Shown here piece after piece: positions 9,343 to 16,907 of a stretch of DNA of 58,686 nucleotides. This DNA comes from an uncultured Candidatus Saccharibacteria bacterium (GTDB lineage Bacteria > Patescibacteriota > Minisyncoccia > Minisyncoccales > JAGOPM01), in contig CAZQSQ010000001.1 of assembly GCA_964596325.1 (NCBI GenBank), positions 69,070-127,755 on the forward strand, given 5' to 3'. The notes beneath the pieces are model-generated. The model was not told the origin of the DNA, searched no databases, and worked only from the letters and a program-made list of their open reading frames with translations. The position numbers and the translations under genes were made by a program. How positions within the stretch are numbered: position 1 is the stretch's first letter; each line of letters begins with the position of its first letter.

Positions 9343-10179
9343 GTCATTTTTAGCCGGCGGCCGGCCTATGGGTAAATTTGGGAATTTGTAACCGCGTTTG
9401 CGCAAAAGCTCGCGGGCCCTGTTTATTTGCACCTTCTTGCATTGGCACTCTCTGGCCATCTGAGCAAGACTACCGACACCTTCATTGCTTAAGCGGAGCA
9501 CTTTTTCCTGAAACTCAGTAAGGGGTGTGCGCGGCTGGTATTTGCGTTCATCGCGGAAATAGAAGCCGAGCTTTTTTAAGTGCGTTTTCATTGGGGCAAT
9601 CGTTCCTTTGGTTGTACCGGCAAGGGCGGCGATTTGTTCATGGCTCAGCCCGCCTTGCTGGCAGAGTTCCAAAACTTTTTTCTCCAAATTGGTTAAGCGG
9701 TCTCTCTTGGGAATTTTTTTCTTTCGCCAAACCCTGGAAGAAATTTTGCCCTCTGCGTAAAGCTTTTTGGCAGTATTGCGGATCACAATTAAACTCACTT
9801 TGTACTTTTGGGCCAAGGCTTCCAAATCAGTAGTAATATAGGTCAATTCTTTGGCAATAACATCCTCGAAAAAAGATTCAGGAAGCATTTTTTTCTTTGA
9901 ACGTAATTCGTAGGCTAATTGACGCAAGCTGTGTTCGGTCAGGCCAAGAAGCTTAGCGAGCCGTGCATTGGGTATGATTCCATAATACTTGAGAATCAGC
10001 TTTTTAGTGGTCATCTTTTCATGTAACTTATTCAACAAGTCGCAGTCCAAATACCATTGGAGAATTCCCCGGAACTCTTCGGGCTCCAAATTACGGGCTT
10101 GGGCCATTTTCAACAGGCTCATCTGCCCGATATTTTGGCGAAGAAATTCCAACATGCCCAATTTGTTTTCTATTGGCAT
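9340..10179 (-). CDS. DNA-binding protein with several helix-turn-helix motifs (sigma70 region-4 or LuxR-like).
   Basis: ATG at 10179 preceded by AAGGAG. At least three HTH-like segments are present: ARLAKLLGLTEHSLRQLAYEL, LSHEQIAALAGTTKGTIAPMKTHLKKLG and GSLAQMARECQCKKVQINRARELLRKRG. Confidence 0.55.
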   Translation of the reverse strand: MPIENKLGMLEFLRQNIGQMSLLKMAQARNLEPEEFRGILQWYLDCDLLNKLHEKMTTKKLILKYYGIIPNARLAKLLGLTEHSLRQLAYELRSKKKMLPESFFEDVIAKELTYITTDLEALAQKYKVSLIVIRNTAKKLYAEGKISSRVWRKKKIPKRDRLTNLEKKVLELCQQGGLSHEQIAALAGTTKGTIAPMKTHLKKLGFYFRDERKYQPRTPLTEFQEKVLRLSNEGVGSLAQMARECQCKKVQINRARELLRKRGYKFPNLPIGRPPAKND

Positions 10180-10220
10180 CGTTACTCCTTTCCCTTTCGA
10201 TTATTAATTTTCTATTGTAT

Positions 10221-10248
10221 ATTATAGCATAAAATAGACAAAAATCAA
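10221..10248 (-). promoter_or_regulatory. Conserved promoter module, copy 1, with extended -10. It drives the multi-HTH gene.
   Basis: Minus strand reads ATTGATTTTT-N11-TGCTATAATATA, that is TTGATT, a 16-nt spacer, then TGcTATAAT. The same module recurs at about 16200 and 16724. Confidence 0.5.
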
Positions 10249-10272
10249 TAGTTTGGGCTATTTTCCCTAGTA

Positions 10273-10301
10273 TTGACAAACATAATATTATTTGCTATAA
10301 T
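10273..10301 (+). promoter_or_regulatory. Perfect consensus sigma70 promoter for the plus-strand gene at 10376.
   Basis: TTGACA at 10273-10278, an exactly 17-nt spacer, and TATAAT at 10296-10301. AAGGAG lies 5 nt upstream of the ATG at 10376. Confidence 0.55.
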
Positions 10302-10375
10302 ATTAACAATCGCCCCTATTACCCGTAGTGGCAGTATCGTATCTTAAAAATCGAAATGGGTAGGAAGGAGATGAC

Positions 10376-10918
10376 ATGGAACAGCAATTTCACCCCTGCA
10401 CCACATCAGATGGCGCACCTGTTCCGGTCAGCGAACCCGGGGCAGGACAAAATTCCCATAACGAACGCCGGCTCTTTGACCGACCGATTATCAATCTGGC
10501 ATACTCCCTTGATGAAAAAAGGCGCGTTTCGCTGGAGCACATAGTCGATGTTATGGTGAAAAAAATGTCTGAAAAAGGCCAAAGCCTTACCAATGGTGTC
10601 CCTTGGCGGTTGGAAGAAAAAAACCTCAATCGCTACCGCGTCCACGATTTCTACAAGATGTTTTGGTACAGCCCTTCTGGGGCGCCCAAACCCAAGCTTG
10701 GATTCAAAATTGAATTCACGCTTTACAAAAAAATCGGCGAAGGGATGCGCCACACTGCCAAAGTTACTATTTTCACCAAATGGCAAAAGGAACTGCAACC
10801 CCTTATGGACCAATTCCGTAAAGAAGCCGTTAAACTAGACATTGACTGCACTTGGTCCTTACGCCGGCCGCCCCAAAGACAGTCGCTCCCACCCGCTATC
10901 AACAATATTCAAACATAA
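10376..10918 (+). CDS. Hypothetical protein (180 aa) with no recognisable domain.
   Basis: ATG with a good ribosome-binding site. The product is Trp/Pro/Arg-rich and the codon usage looks slightly GC-richer than neighbouring genes. A terminator hairpin follows immediately. Confidence 0.5.
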   Translation: MEQQFHPCTTSDGAPVPVSEPGAGQNSHNERRLFDRPIINLAYSLDEKRRVSLEHIVDVMVKKMSEKGQSLTNGVPWRLEEKNLNRYRVHDFYKMFWYSPSGAPKPKLGFKIEFTLYKKIGEGMRHTAKVTIFTKWQKELQPLMDQFRKEAVKLDIDCTWSLRRPPQRQSLPPAINNIQT

Positions 10919-10950
10919 AAGCCCTGAGATTCTCAGGGCTATTTGTTTGG
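10912..10950. terminator. Bidirectional terminator, and copy 1 of a 39-bp repeated palindromic element.
   Basis: CAAACATAAAAGCCCTGAGATTCTCAGGGCTATTTGTTT. The stem GCCCTGAGA/TCTCAGGGC has T-tracts on both strands. It is identical over 39 bp to 13378-13416. Confidence 0.6.
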
Positions 10951-11011
10951 ATTAATTTTTCCTCCGCTTGAGTGGAGGATTTTTAATTAAAAAAAGCAGG
11001 AATGTTCCTGC

Positions 11012-13258
11012 TTATGATTCTTTGCTTTCCGTTGATTCTTTGCTTTCTGTTGGAGGTATTATTGCGGAATTTGTTGCAACTCCTCCTTGGAGTATTTTTG
11101 CAATAAGAGCAGTTGCTATGCTTGTTGTGCTATTATCAGCGCCACCTTCTCCCCCATTGATGAGAATATCGGGGGTAATCTTGAGCCGATTGGCGGCAAT
11201 CGCATTGATGATTTCTATGCTGGCAACAACCTCGGCTCCGCCCATGGCTTTCGTTTTCTCTTCAAGAGCCTTTGCCGCAGCAATACCTTTTTCCCTGATG
11301 ACTGTAGCTTCAGCTTTACCTCTAGCTTCGATGGCCTTTCCTTCAGCTTCTCCGATTCTTTCCTTATATCCGCCCTCGCCATCAGCTCTGGCTTTCTGGG
11401 CGTCAGCGGCGTTTCTGCTGATCTCAATATCGATTTTCGACTTAGCAAGATCGGCCTGTTGGTCGGCCTCGCCTCTGGATTTTTCCATGACCAATCTGGC
11501 GTCTTCAGTTATCTTCTGCTGCTCAAAAGTCTTTTTCTGCTGGACTGCCAATTCGGCATTTTTGAGAACATTCACCAAGTCTTCTGGCGGGATAACATCT
11601 TGGATAAAAACGCCATAACACTCAACCTTGAAATCTTCCAATTTCTGCTTGATGTGGTCGGTAGCCTCTCCTTGAACTCTTTGTCTTTCCTGAATAAATT
11701 GGATGGCCTGCATACCCTGAAGCTTGTCGCGGAAATAGTTTCCGACGGCCGGATGCAAAACCTCAGAGACAAGGTAATCAATCTTTTCCACCATGACAAT
11801 AACATAAGGGGCTTTGGTGTCTGGAATGTGGATTTGCACCTGCAAGTCAATGGCAAACTTGAAGCCCTCTTTGGAGCGGGCATTGATTTGGCTGAGTCTC
11901 TCATCAAGCTTGTGTGCCACAGAAGTTTCGCTGGCCCAGTTGAGCGTGATGATAGAAGTAGGCACAAGCTCTGTCGCATAGATATGCGGGTTAATGAGGT
12001 ATTTTCCCGGGCGCAAAGCCTCGTTCCAAATTCCTCTATGGCCGGGCCTGACAATAAAGCCATGTTTGAAGCTCTCGCCAGAAACATCTTCAGAAGCCAA
12101 ACCAACGCCGGCGCGCACAACCGCCACTTTTCCCTGCGGCACTACTAAACCACGGGATTCTTCTACGCGCACCAAAAACGGATTGAAGTTGTATTTGCCA
12201 TAAGTTATGACATCATGCTGCAAACCTTGGCAACCGCCTGCATCGAAGAATTTCTGCATATCTTGGTAGCTGTTGTGCAATTCTACTTTGCTTTGGAAAA
12301 ACAGCATGTTGATGATATCCAGCCCGAGTTTACGGATTGATTCTTCATATTCCCTTTGAGCTTCGGGTATTTGTTTGATGTTGCGGACTGCTTCGTCGTA
12401 TTCAAGCCTATCCTCGGGCGTCTGCTTGCTTTGATCAAATTTGTCTCTTGCTTTCCTTAACTTTTGTCTTTTCAATTCCTCGCTCTCAACATTTTCTTTA
12501 GCGCCGACCGTCGCCATATCAGCCTCGTATTTTTTCTTCGCCGCCTCGGTCCTCTTCGTCTCCGCATCTTGAATATCGGCAAATCCGCCAATGCGAGAAG
12601 CTGGAGTATTATCTGGGTTGGGCGGACCATCAAGGATGGTTACCAAACCAATAATATCAACATCTGAACCCTGCTGTGTCTTGATTTCGAGGGGCCGGTA
12701 CTTCTGATCCTCATACTGCCCAAAAGTTTCTTCTACCGAATCAGAGAATGGCATGCCAAAAATGCTGGTTGCGGTTTTCACCACAAAAGCAATCGGGTGC
12801 ATGTAGTAGATGTGACCCGGAGAAAGCACGGCTCTCTGAATGCCTTTTTGCCCGCCAGCTTGCATAAATTTTCCCACGTCAGAGTAAATCTCCTCAACGT
12901 CTCCTTTAATCTGGCAAGCGGTTCTCCAACCAACCGGAATATTTTCTCCGACTTGCGAGAAAACAACTCCAATTTCATCTTGGCCAACTTGGACAACCGG
13001 GAACAATTTCACGGTGTAAAGCGGCCAAAACTTAAATCGCCAACCAGGCATCAAACAGTTTGCCTGCCAGCCAACCTCACCTTCGAGGGCAATAATCTGG
13101 TCCCCCTTGAGTTTCTTGATGCCGAAATTTTTCTTCACGGCGCCAATCATGTCAGCTGGGATAAAATGGAACGAGGCTTTGATAAAAAGCAAAACAATCA
13201 AAACCACAATTCCTATTCCAATACCAATTAACCAAGGCATCATTTCTGCAATTTCCAC
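11012..13258 (-). CDS. Flotillin-like SPFH/band-7 protein (YqiK/FloA-type).
   Basis: Likely start is the GTG at 13258 (7 nt after AAGGAGG) or the ATG at 13243; the track start at 13339 reads through the ribosome-binding site. An N-terminal TM helix MMPWLIGIGIGIVVLIVLLFI is followed by an SPFH domain. The long C-terminal region is Ala/Glu/Lys-rich coiled-coil (...EADQQADLAKSKIDIEISRNAADAQKARADGEGGYKERIGEAEGKAIEARGKAEA...) ending in a Gly/Ala-rich tail, as in flotillins. Confidence 0.8.
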   Translation of the reverse strand: MEIAEMMPWLIGIGIGIVVLIVLLFIKASFHFIPADMIGAVKKNFGIKKLKGDQIIALEGEVGWQANCLMPGWRFKFWPLYTVKLFPVVQVGQDEIGVVFSQVGENIPVGWRTACQIKGDVEEIYSDVGKFMQAGGQKGIQRAVLSPGHIYYMHPIAFVVKTATSIFGMPFSDSVEETFGQYEDQKYRPLEIKTQQGSDVDIIGLVTILDGPPNPDNTPASRIGGFADIQDAETKRTEAAKKKYEADMATVGAKENVESEELKRQKLRKARDKFDQSKQTPEDRLEYDEAVRNIKQIPEAQREYEESIRKLGLDIINMLFFQSKVELHNSYQDMQKFFDAGGCQGLQHDVITYGKYNFNPFLVRVEESRGLVVPQGKVAVVRAGVGLASEDVSGESFKHGFIVRPGHRGIWNEALRPGKYLINPHIYATELVPTSIITLNWASETSVAHKLDERLSQINARSKEGFKFAIDLQVQIHIPDTKAPYVIVMVEKIDYLVSEVLHPAVGNYFRDKLQGMQAIQFIQERQRVQGEATDHIKQKLEDFKVECYGVFIQDVIPPEDLVNVLKNAELAVQQKKTFEQQKITEDARLVMEKSRGEADQQADLAKSKIDIEISRNAADAQKARADGEGGYKERIGEAEGKAIEARGKAEATVIREKGIAAAKALEEKTKAMGGAEVVASIEIINAIAANRLKITPDILINGGEGGADNSTTSIATALIAKILQGGVATNSAIIPPTESKESTESKES

Positions 13259-13307
13259 TAATAAACCTCCTTTTAAGTTGTAAATTTTTACCAACAAATG
13301 CTGGCAA

Positions 13308-13325
13308 GTGCTCAATTTTGAGCAC
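13308..13325. promoter_or_regulatory. Perfect 18-bp palindrome at the predicted flotillin transcription start, a possible operator.
   Basis: GTGCTCAATTTTGAGCAC, an 8-bp perfect inverted repeat, lies between the promoter -10 (13331-13336) and the ribosome-binding site. Confidence 0.4.
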
Positions 13326-13330
13326 GCTAT

Positions 13331-13358
13331 ACTATACATTTTTTAATATTTTTGTCAA
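13331..13358 (-). promoter_or_regulatory. Sigma70-like promoter for the flotillin gene.
   Basis: Minus strand reads TTGACA-16 nt-TATAGT. Confidence 0.45.
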
Positions 13359-13377
13359 TAATAATTAGGCTTAAACC

Positions 13378-13442
13378 AAACATAAAAGCCCTGAGATTCT
13401 CAGGGCTATTTGTTTTAGAAAAAGAGCCGCATTGGGCGGCTC
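13378..13442. terminator. Tandem terminators after the 444-aa gene, including copy 2 of the 39-bp palindromic element.
   Basis: Copy 2 at 13378-13416 is identical to 10912-10950. A second hairpin, GAGCCGC-ATTGG-GCGGCTC at 13424-13441, overlaps the TGA stop and is followed by TTTTTCT on the minus strand. Confidence 0.55.
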
Positions 13443-14775
13443 AAATAATAGAGGGAATTCTTTCCATGCCGATTTTGACACAGGCCTCATCATATAAGTG
13501 GCTGCCCACGGCGGCCGAACTGACCACATAATACCATTTTTGCAAATCGCTTTGGCACATTTCTTTGGCATGGCGCACATATTCGTTTTCTGCCACATCC
13601 AAACACATTTTGGCCTCGGTATACCCGGGCGTTCCCTGAGCGGCTTGGATTTTACATTCCAGAAAATAATTATAGCCATTAATAAGCTCAGGCAACGTTC
13701 CTTTGGCTGAGGGTAACCTGTCGGCCACTTCCTTGCGCTTGGCATCGCTGACAAAACGCATGGCGTAACCGATTTCTTCCAGCTCGCAGGCTTGCATGGC
13801 GACAAATTCGGCAAAATTTTTGTAGGCTTCCTCTGGTGCTTTGGAAAAATCCAAAGTTTCAAAGGCAATCCTGGCAAGCACAAATCGCGGGGCACGCTTT
13901 TGGATGGCCAAACGAATAGCTGCCGCCAAACGGGCATTCTTGGGATTGGCAATGACTAAGTTATGTGCACAAATCGCCTCATTCAAACAACCCTTAACCT
14001 GCAAAGCCTTAAAGCATAAATCCTTGGCAAGCTCCTCGGGAATTTCCCCCTCGGAGGCATGCGCCACGTCCATGATATTGGAAACTTTTTCTACCAGACT
14101 TTGGGCGATAGTTTCGTCCCCGCTAACCAAGTCCCAGCCCAAAAGCCTTACGAGCTCAAAGGTTGGGGCAAAATTTTTGGTCAGCCGGCAAGCTTTTTGT
14201 GCCGCACGTTTGGCTAAGATATCCATTTTCTGAACCTTGGCCAAAAAGCAGAGCAAGCTGAGATCTTCAACCTCCTCATCTTCTAAAACCTTTACCACCA
14301 ACCACTTCCCCAAAGGGGAGCGCAGGCTGATATTGGCCTTAAGAATGAGGTCGTAGCAAGTACGCGCCAAATACACGATTCTTTCCCTGACCAACACTTC
14401 TAGGCTGTCAGCAACATCGTCTTGCCAAATATAGCAAGCCAAGGCCCAATCAAGATCACAGCTCGGGTTAAATGCTTCTCTGACCAATTCTCGAAGAGCA
14501 ATAAGTGCGCCCTTATTGAGCAACATTTGTTTGCCCCGAGCAAAATTCAAAGTCATCGCTTGTTCGCTAAACTGTTTGGCCTTTTTGCATAGCCGAATCA
14601 CAAATTGGCTCAGGGTATGCGAATCATTAGAAGGGCCAATTTCTGGCAAGCGCCGCTCCCAAAACGTTGCGAAGTCTAAACCCGCTTCCGGATCTCCAGG
14701 GAAAATGCCCAACTCTGCCGCAATCGGGACGGCCGCGGCCGGATCGAAAACAAATTTATTTGTTTTATCTGCCAT
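13441..14775 (-). CDS. Hypothetical alpha-helical protein (444 aa).
   Basis: ATG at 14775 preceded by AAGGAGG. I recognise no motif. It is probably cytoplasmic, with no signal peptide or TM helix. Confidence 0.55.
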   Translation of the reverse strand: MADKTNKFVFDPAAAVPIAAELGIFPGDPEAGLDFATFWERRLPEIGPSNDSHTLSQFVIRLCKKAKQFSEQAMTLNFARGKQMLLNKGALIALRELVREAFNPSCDLDWALACYIWQDDVADSLEVLVRERIVYLARTCYDLILKANISLRSPLGKWLVVKVLEDEEVEDLSLLCFLAKVQKMDILAKRAAQKACRLTKNFAPTFELVRLLGWDLVSGDETIAQSLVEKVSNIMDVAHASEGEIPEELAKDLCFKALQVKGCLNEAICAHNLVIANPKNARLAAAIRLAIQKRAPRFVLARIAFETLDFSKAPEEAYKNFAEFVAMQACELEEIGYAMRFVSDAKRKEVADRLPSAKGTLPELINGYNYFLECKIQAAQGTPGYTEAKMCLDVAENEYVRHAKEMCQSDLQKWYYVVSSAAVGSHLYDEACVKIGMERIPSII

Positions 14776-14812
14776 TAAACTTTCCTCCTTTTTTCGATTG
14801 TTAATTTATCTA

Positions 14813-14840
14813 ATTATACAATAAATTTACTAGAAATCAA
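14813..14840 (-). promoter_or_regulatory. Sigma70-like promoter for the 444-aa gene.
   Basis: Minus strand reads TTGATT-16 nt-TATAAT, the same TTGATT-type -35 as the conserved module. Confidence 0.4.
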
Positions 14841-14885
14841 GGGTAAGGCTGCCTCCCTTTAACCTTGGAAAATATCGTTTTAACA

Positions 14886-14916
14886 CTATAAAAGCCCTGA
14901 TATTCTCAGGGCCATG
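14886..14916 (-). terminator. Terminator after the nadD-like gene; a diverged third copy of the palindromic element.
   Basis: ATAAAAGCCCTGATATTCTCAGGGCC. On the minus strand the hairpin is followed by TTTTAT. Confidence 0.5.
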
Positions 14917-15519
14917 CTAATCTTGATAAAGCTCATTGATGGAGATGTAGGTTTCAATTTCGGAAGTGACAAGGCCGCGCAGGGAATGGTTTTGCTTTGC
15001 GGCTTGGCGGGCTTTAGTACTGGAACAATCTGTGCCAAGCCAGATAATTTTGCTGTGAGGCGGACAGTCCGGCAAATAGAAACGATATCCCGCCCGCGGC
15101 ATAACGACAAAATTCAAACTTTCCCAAAGCCAACGGCCTTTGCTCCACTTTTTCTGAATTTCCGAGCAACCGTCAGCGCCGCCCAGGATTAGATCTCCGC
15201 CCACCACGTGCCAAATTTCACCCAATCTTTCGTAGTGCTTTTGCATTTCAAAAGTGGTTGTAAATTTGTCGTGCTGGATATCGAAAAAATCCAAAGTGAT
15301 ATTGGGGCGCAGGTTGTAGAAATTCAAATCACACATAGCCATGCGCTCCAAAGCCATCCTCATGGCGTGCGGCTTACCTTTATCTGACCTCTGCCCGCAA
15401 GGAACGATAAAAACATGGTCGAATTCGCTGGACAGTTTTTGGGCTGCCCGGCGGTGTGAAAGCGTTGGCGGGTCAAAACTGCCGCCGAAAACCGCAATTT
15501 TTTTAGCCGTTACTGACAT
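14917..15519 (-). CDS. nadD: Nicotinate/nicotinamide-nucleotide adenylyltransferase-like protein.
   Basis: The ATG at 15519 (MSVTAKK...) is preceded by GGAGGAGG. The nucleotidyltransferase motif KIAVFGGSFDPPTLSHR is present. The track start at 15579 would overlap the upstream gene by 77 nt. Confidence 0.65.
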   Translation of the reverse strand: MSVTAKKIAVFGGSFDPPTLSHRRAAQKLSSEFDHVFIVPCGQRSDKGKPHAMRMALERMAMCDLNFYNLRPNITLDFFDIQHDKFTTTFEMQKHYERLGEIWHVVGGDLILGGADGCSEIQKKWSKGRWLWESLNFVVMPRAGYRFYLPDCPPHSKIIWLGTDCSSTKARQAAKQNHSLRGLVTSEIETYISINELYQD

Positions 15520-16165
15520 ACTTTCCTCCTCCCCTACCTGGGCCCATTTGCTCATCAAACCATTGCGCCCATTGGCCATTATCTATTGGCAACAAATGAC
15601 TGCTCGCTCTAAACACCAATACCAAGACCGTGCTGAATATCCCTAAAGTCCCCTGATCGAGAACTCTGGCAACCGTATTTTCAAATACATTGGACCAGAG
15701 AATATTGCTTGCCTTGATTGTTTCGCGAATATATTCCAAAGACTTTTTCGCAGTTTCGGCCCAGCTTGAATCAAAATCTTCCTTGGGAGTATTGGACAAA
15801 ATCTTTCCGGCTTGAAGAACCTGAAAATCTTTTCTTTTGATTTCAGGAAACAAACCATAAGCGTGGTAAATAGGGCTGAGGATTACGCAGAAAAAGCGGA
15901 AGATATCGCCGATAGTAATCACGCAATTATTATTGACTTCAAGAATCGGCATCTCCTCGGAAAGCGTTGATGTAAAACCATCGCCGTAAAGTTCAATCGC
16001 CTCGACGATTTCCTTGGCCGTCTCCGGATCATATTTGCGCATGGCCAAAAACCATTCCTGCTTTTTCAATATTTCAACATTCCCATTACCCTCTAGCCTA
16101 TCCTGTTCGGCGAGCATGGCTTGGACGTCAGCATCACTAATCGAAAGTTTTTCCCTCTCCATCAT
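15503..16165 (-). CDS. Hypothetical protein (220 aa).
   Basis: ATGATG start with AGGAGG 4 nt upstream. No recognisable domain. Confidence 0.5.
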   Translation of the reverse strand: MMEREKLSISDADVQAMLAEQDRLEGNGNVEILKKQEWFLAMRKYDPETAKEIVEAIELYGDGFTSTLSEEMPILEVNNNCVITIGDIFRFFCVILSPIYHAYGLFPEIKRKDFQVLQAGKILSNTPKEDFDSSWAETAKKSLEYIRETIKASNILWSNVFENTVARVLDQGTLGIFSTVLVLVFRASSHLLPIDNGQWAQWFDEQMGPGRGGGKYVSNG

Positions 16166-16199
16166 TTAACCTCCTTTATGTAATTTTTAATTTACCTAT

Positions 16200-16227
16200 A
16201 TTATAGCATATATTCTATAAAAATCAA
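16200..16227 (-). promoter_or_regulatory. Conserved promoter module, copy 2.
   Basis: Minus strand reads ATTGATTTTT-N-TGCTATAATATA, upstream of the 15503..16165 gene. Confidence 0.5.
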
Positions 16228-16272
16228 TACAACAAAGGGCCGCACTTGCGTGCAGCCCGACCCCTAGGGGTA

Positions 16273-16701
16273 TTACTTTTCCGGAAAATAGAATGTTCCT
16301 AACTGGCCCAATGCAATGAAGGATTCATAAGCACTGGTCTGATAAAGCGTTATCCTTACCCTAAAACCTTCGCCGCGGTATGCCCCAGGATCTCCGGTAA
16401 GCACCCATGGCCCAAGCTTCGTGGTATTGCCAGCTTCGCGCTCTGCATACTGTTGCCACTTCCCGCCCCTTTGCTCTTCATAGGAGAGCTTGGCAAAAAG
16501 CCAACCGGAATCAGGGATCTGTTTAACCTTTAAGGTAAAACAGACATTAGGCTTTTGCGCAGTATATCCGGACATATTGGAAACATACATTGCGTAATCA
16601 TTTTCCAATACGACCCTTTCTTGGTTGCAGAAATAGGCAACGCTCAGAAGGGCAAGAGCAACAACGATTCCAGCAACCAGTAAGATATTATTTTTCTTCA
16701 C
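16273..16701 (-). CDS. Small secreted or membrane-anchored protein (142 aa).
   Basis: GTG start preceded by AAGGAGG. MKKNNILLVAGIVVALALLSVAYF is a signal peptide or anchor. Confidence 0.55.
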   Translation of the reverse strand: MKKNNILLVAGIVVALALLSVAYFCNQERVVLENDYAMYVSNMSGYTAQKPNVCFTLKVKQIPDSGWLFAKLSYEEQRGGKWQQYAEREAGNTTKLGPWVLTGDPGAYRGEGFRVRITLYQTSAYESFIALGQLGTFYFPEK

Positions 16702-16723
16702 TTCTTCCTCCTTATTTAACTGT

Positions 16724-16752
16724 TAATACTTATATTATAGCACATTTTTAGC
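16724..16752 (-). promoter_or_regulatory. Conserved promoter module, copy 3.
   Basis: Minus strand reads ATTGATTTTT-N-TGCTATAATATA, upstream of the 16273..16701 gene. Confidence 0.5.
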
Positions 16753-16852
16753 CAAAAATCAATGCACGAAGTTGCTAATAAAATCAAGCCTTTTAGGCTT
16801 AGGCTCCATTAGCGCCCCGCAGTTTTAACAAAAGATAGCATTTAATATCTCC

Positions 16853-16888
16853 GCAAAAAGTGCCCGCCTATTGTCAGGCAGGCACTTG
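16853..16888 (-). terminator. Terminator after the giant FN3-like gene.
   Basis: Minus-strand hairpin AGTGCCTGCC-N8-GGCGGGCACT followed by TTTTTGCGG. Confidence 0.5.
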
Positions 16889-16907
16889 GGCGTGCTTTGG
16901 GGAATTT

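Noticed and set aside
10968-12148. Plus-strand ORFs of 216 and 353 aa (10968..11618, 11087..12148) overlapping the flotillin gene.
   Set aside because: They are antisense to a gene with strong SPFH/flotillin homology. Their translations are low-complexity (Ser/Leu/Phe-rich) with no start context, so they are probably artefacts of the reverse-complement codon bias.
13243-13339. The track's N-terminal extension of the flotillin ORF (MYSIACSKLSTCQHLLVKIYNLKGGLLVEIAE...).
   Set aside because: The extension spans the promoter, the 18-bp palindrome and the AAGGAGG ribosome-binding site. The true start is probably the GTG at 13258 or the ATG at 13243, just before the TM helix.
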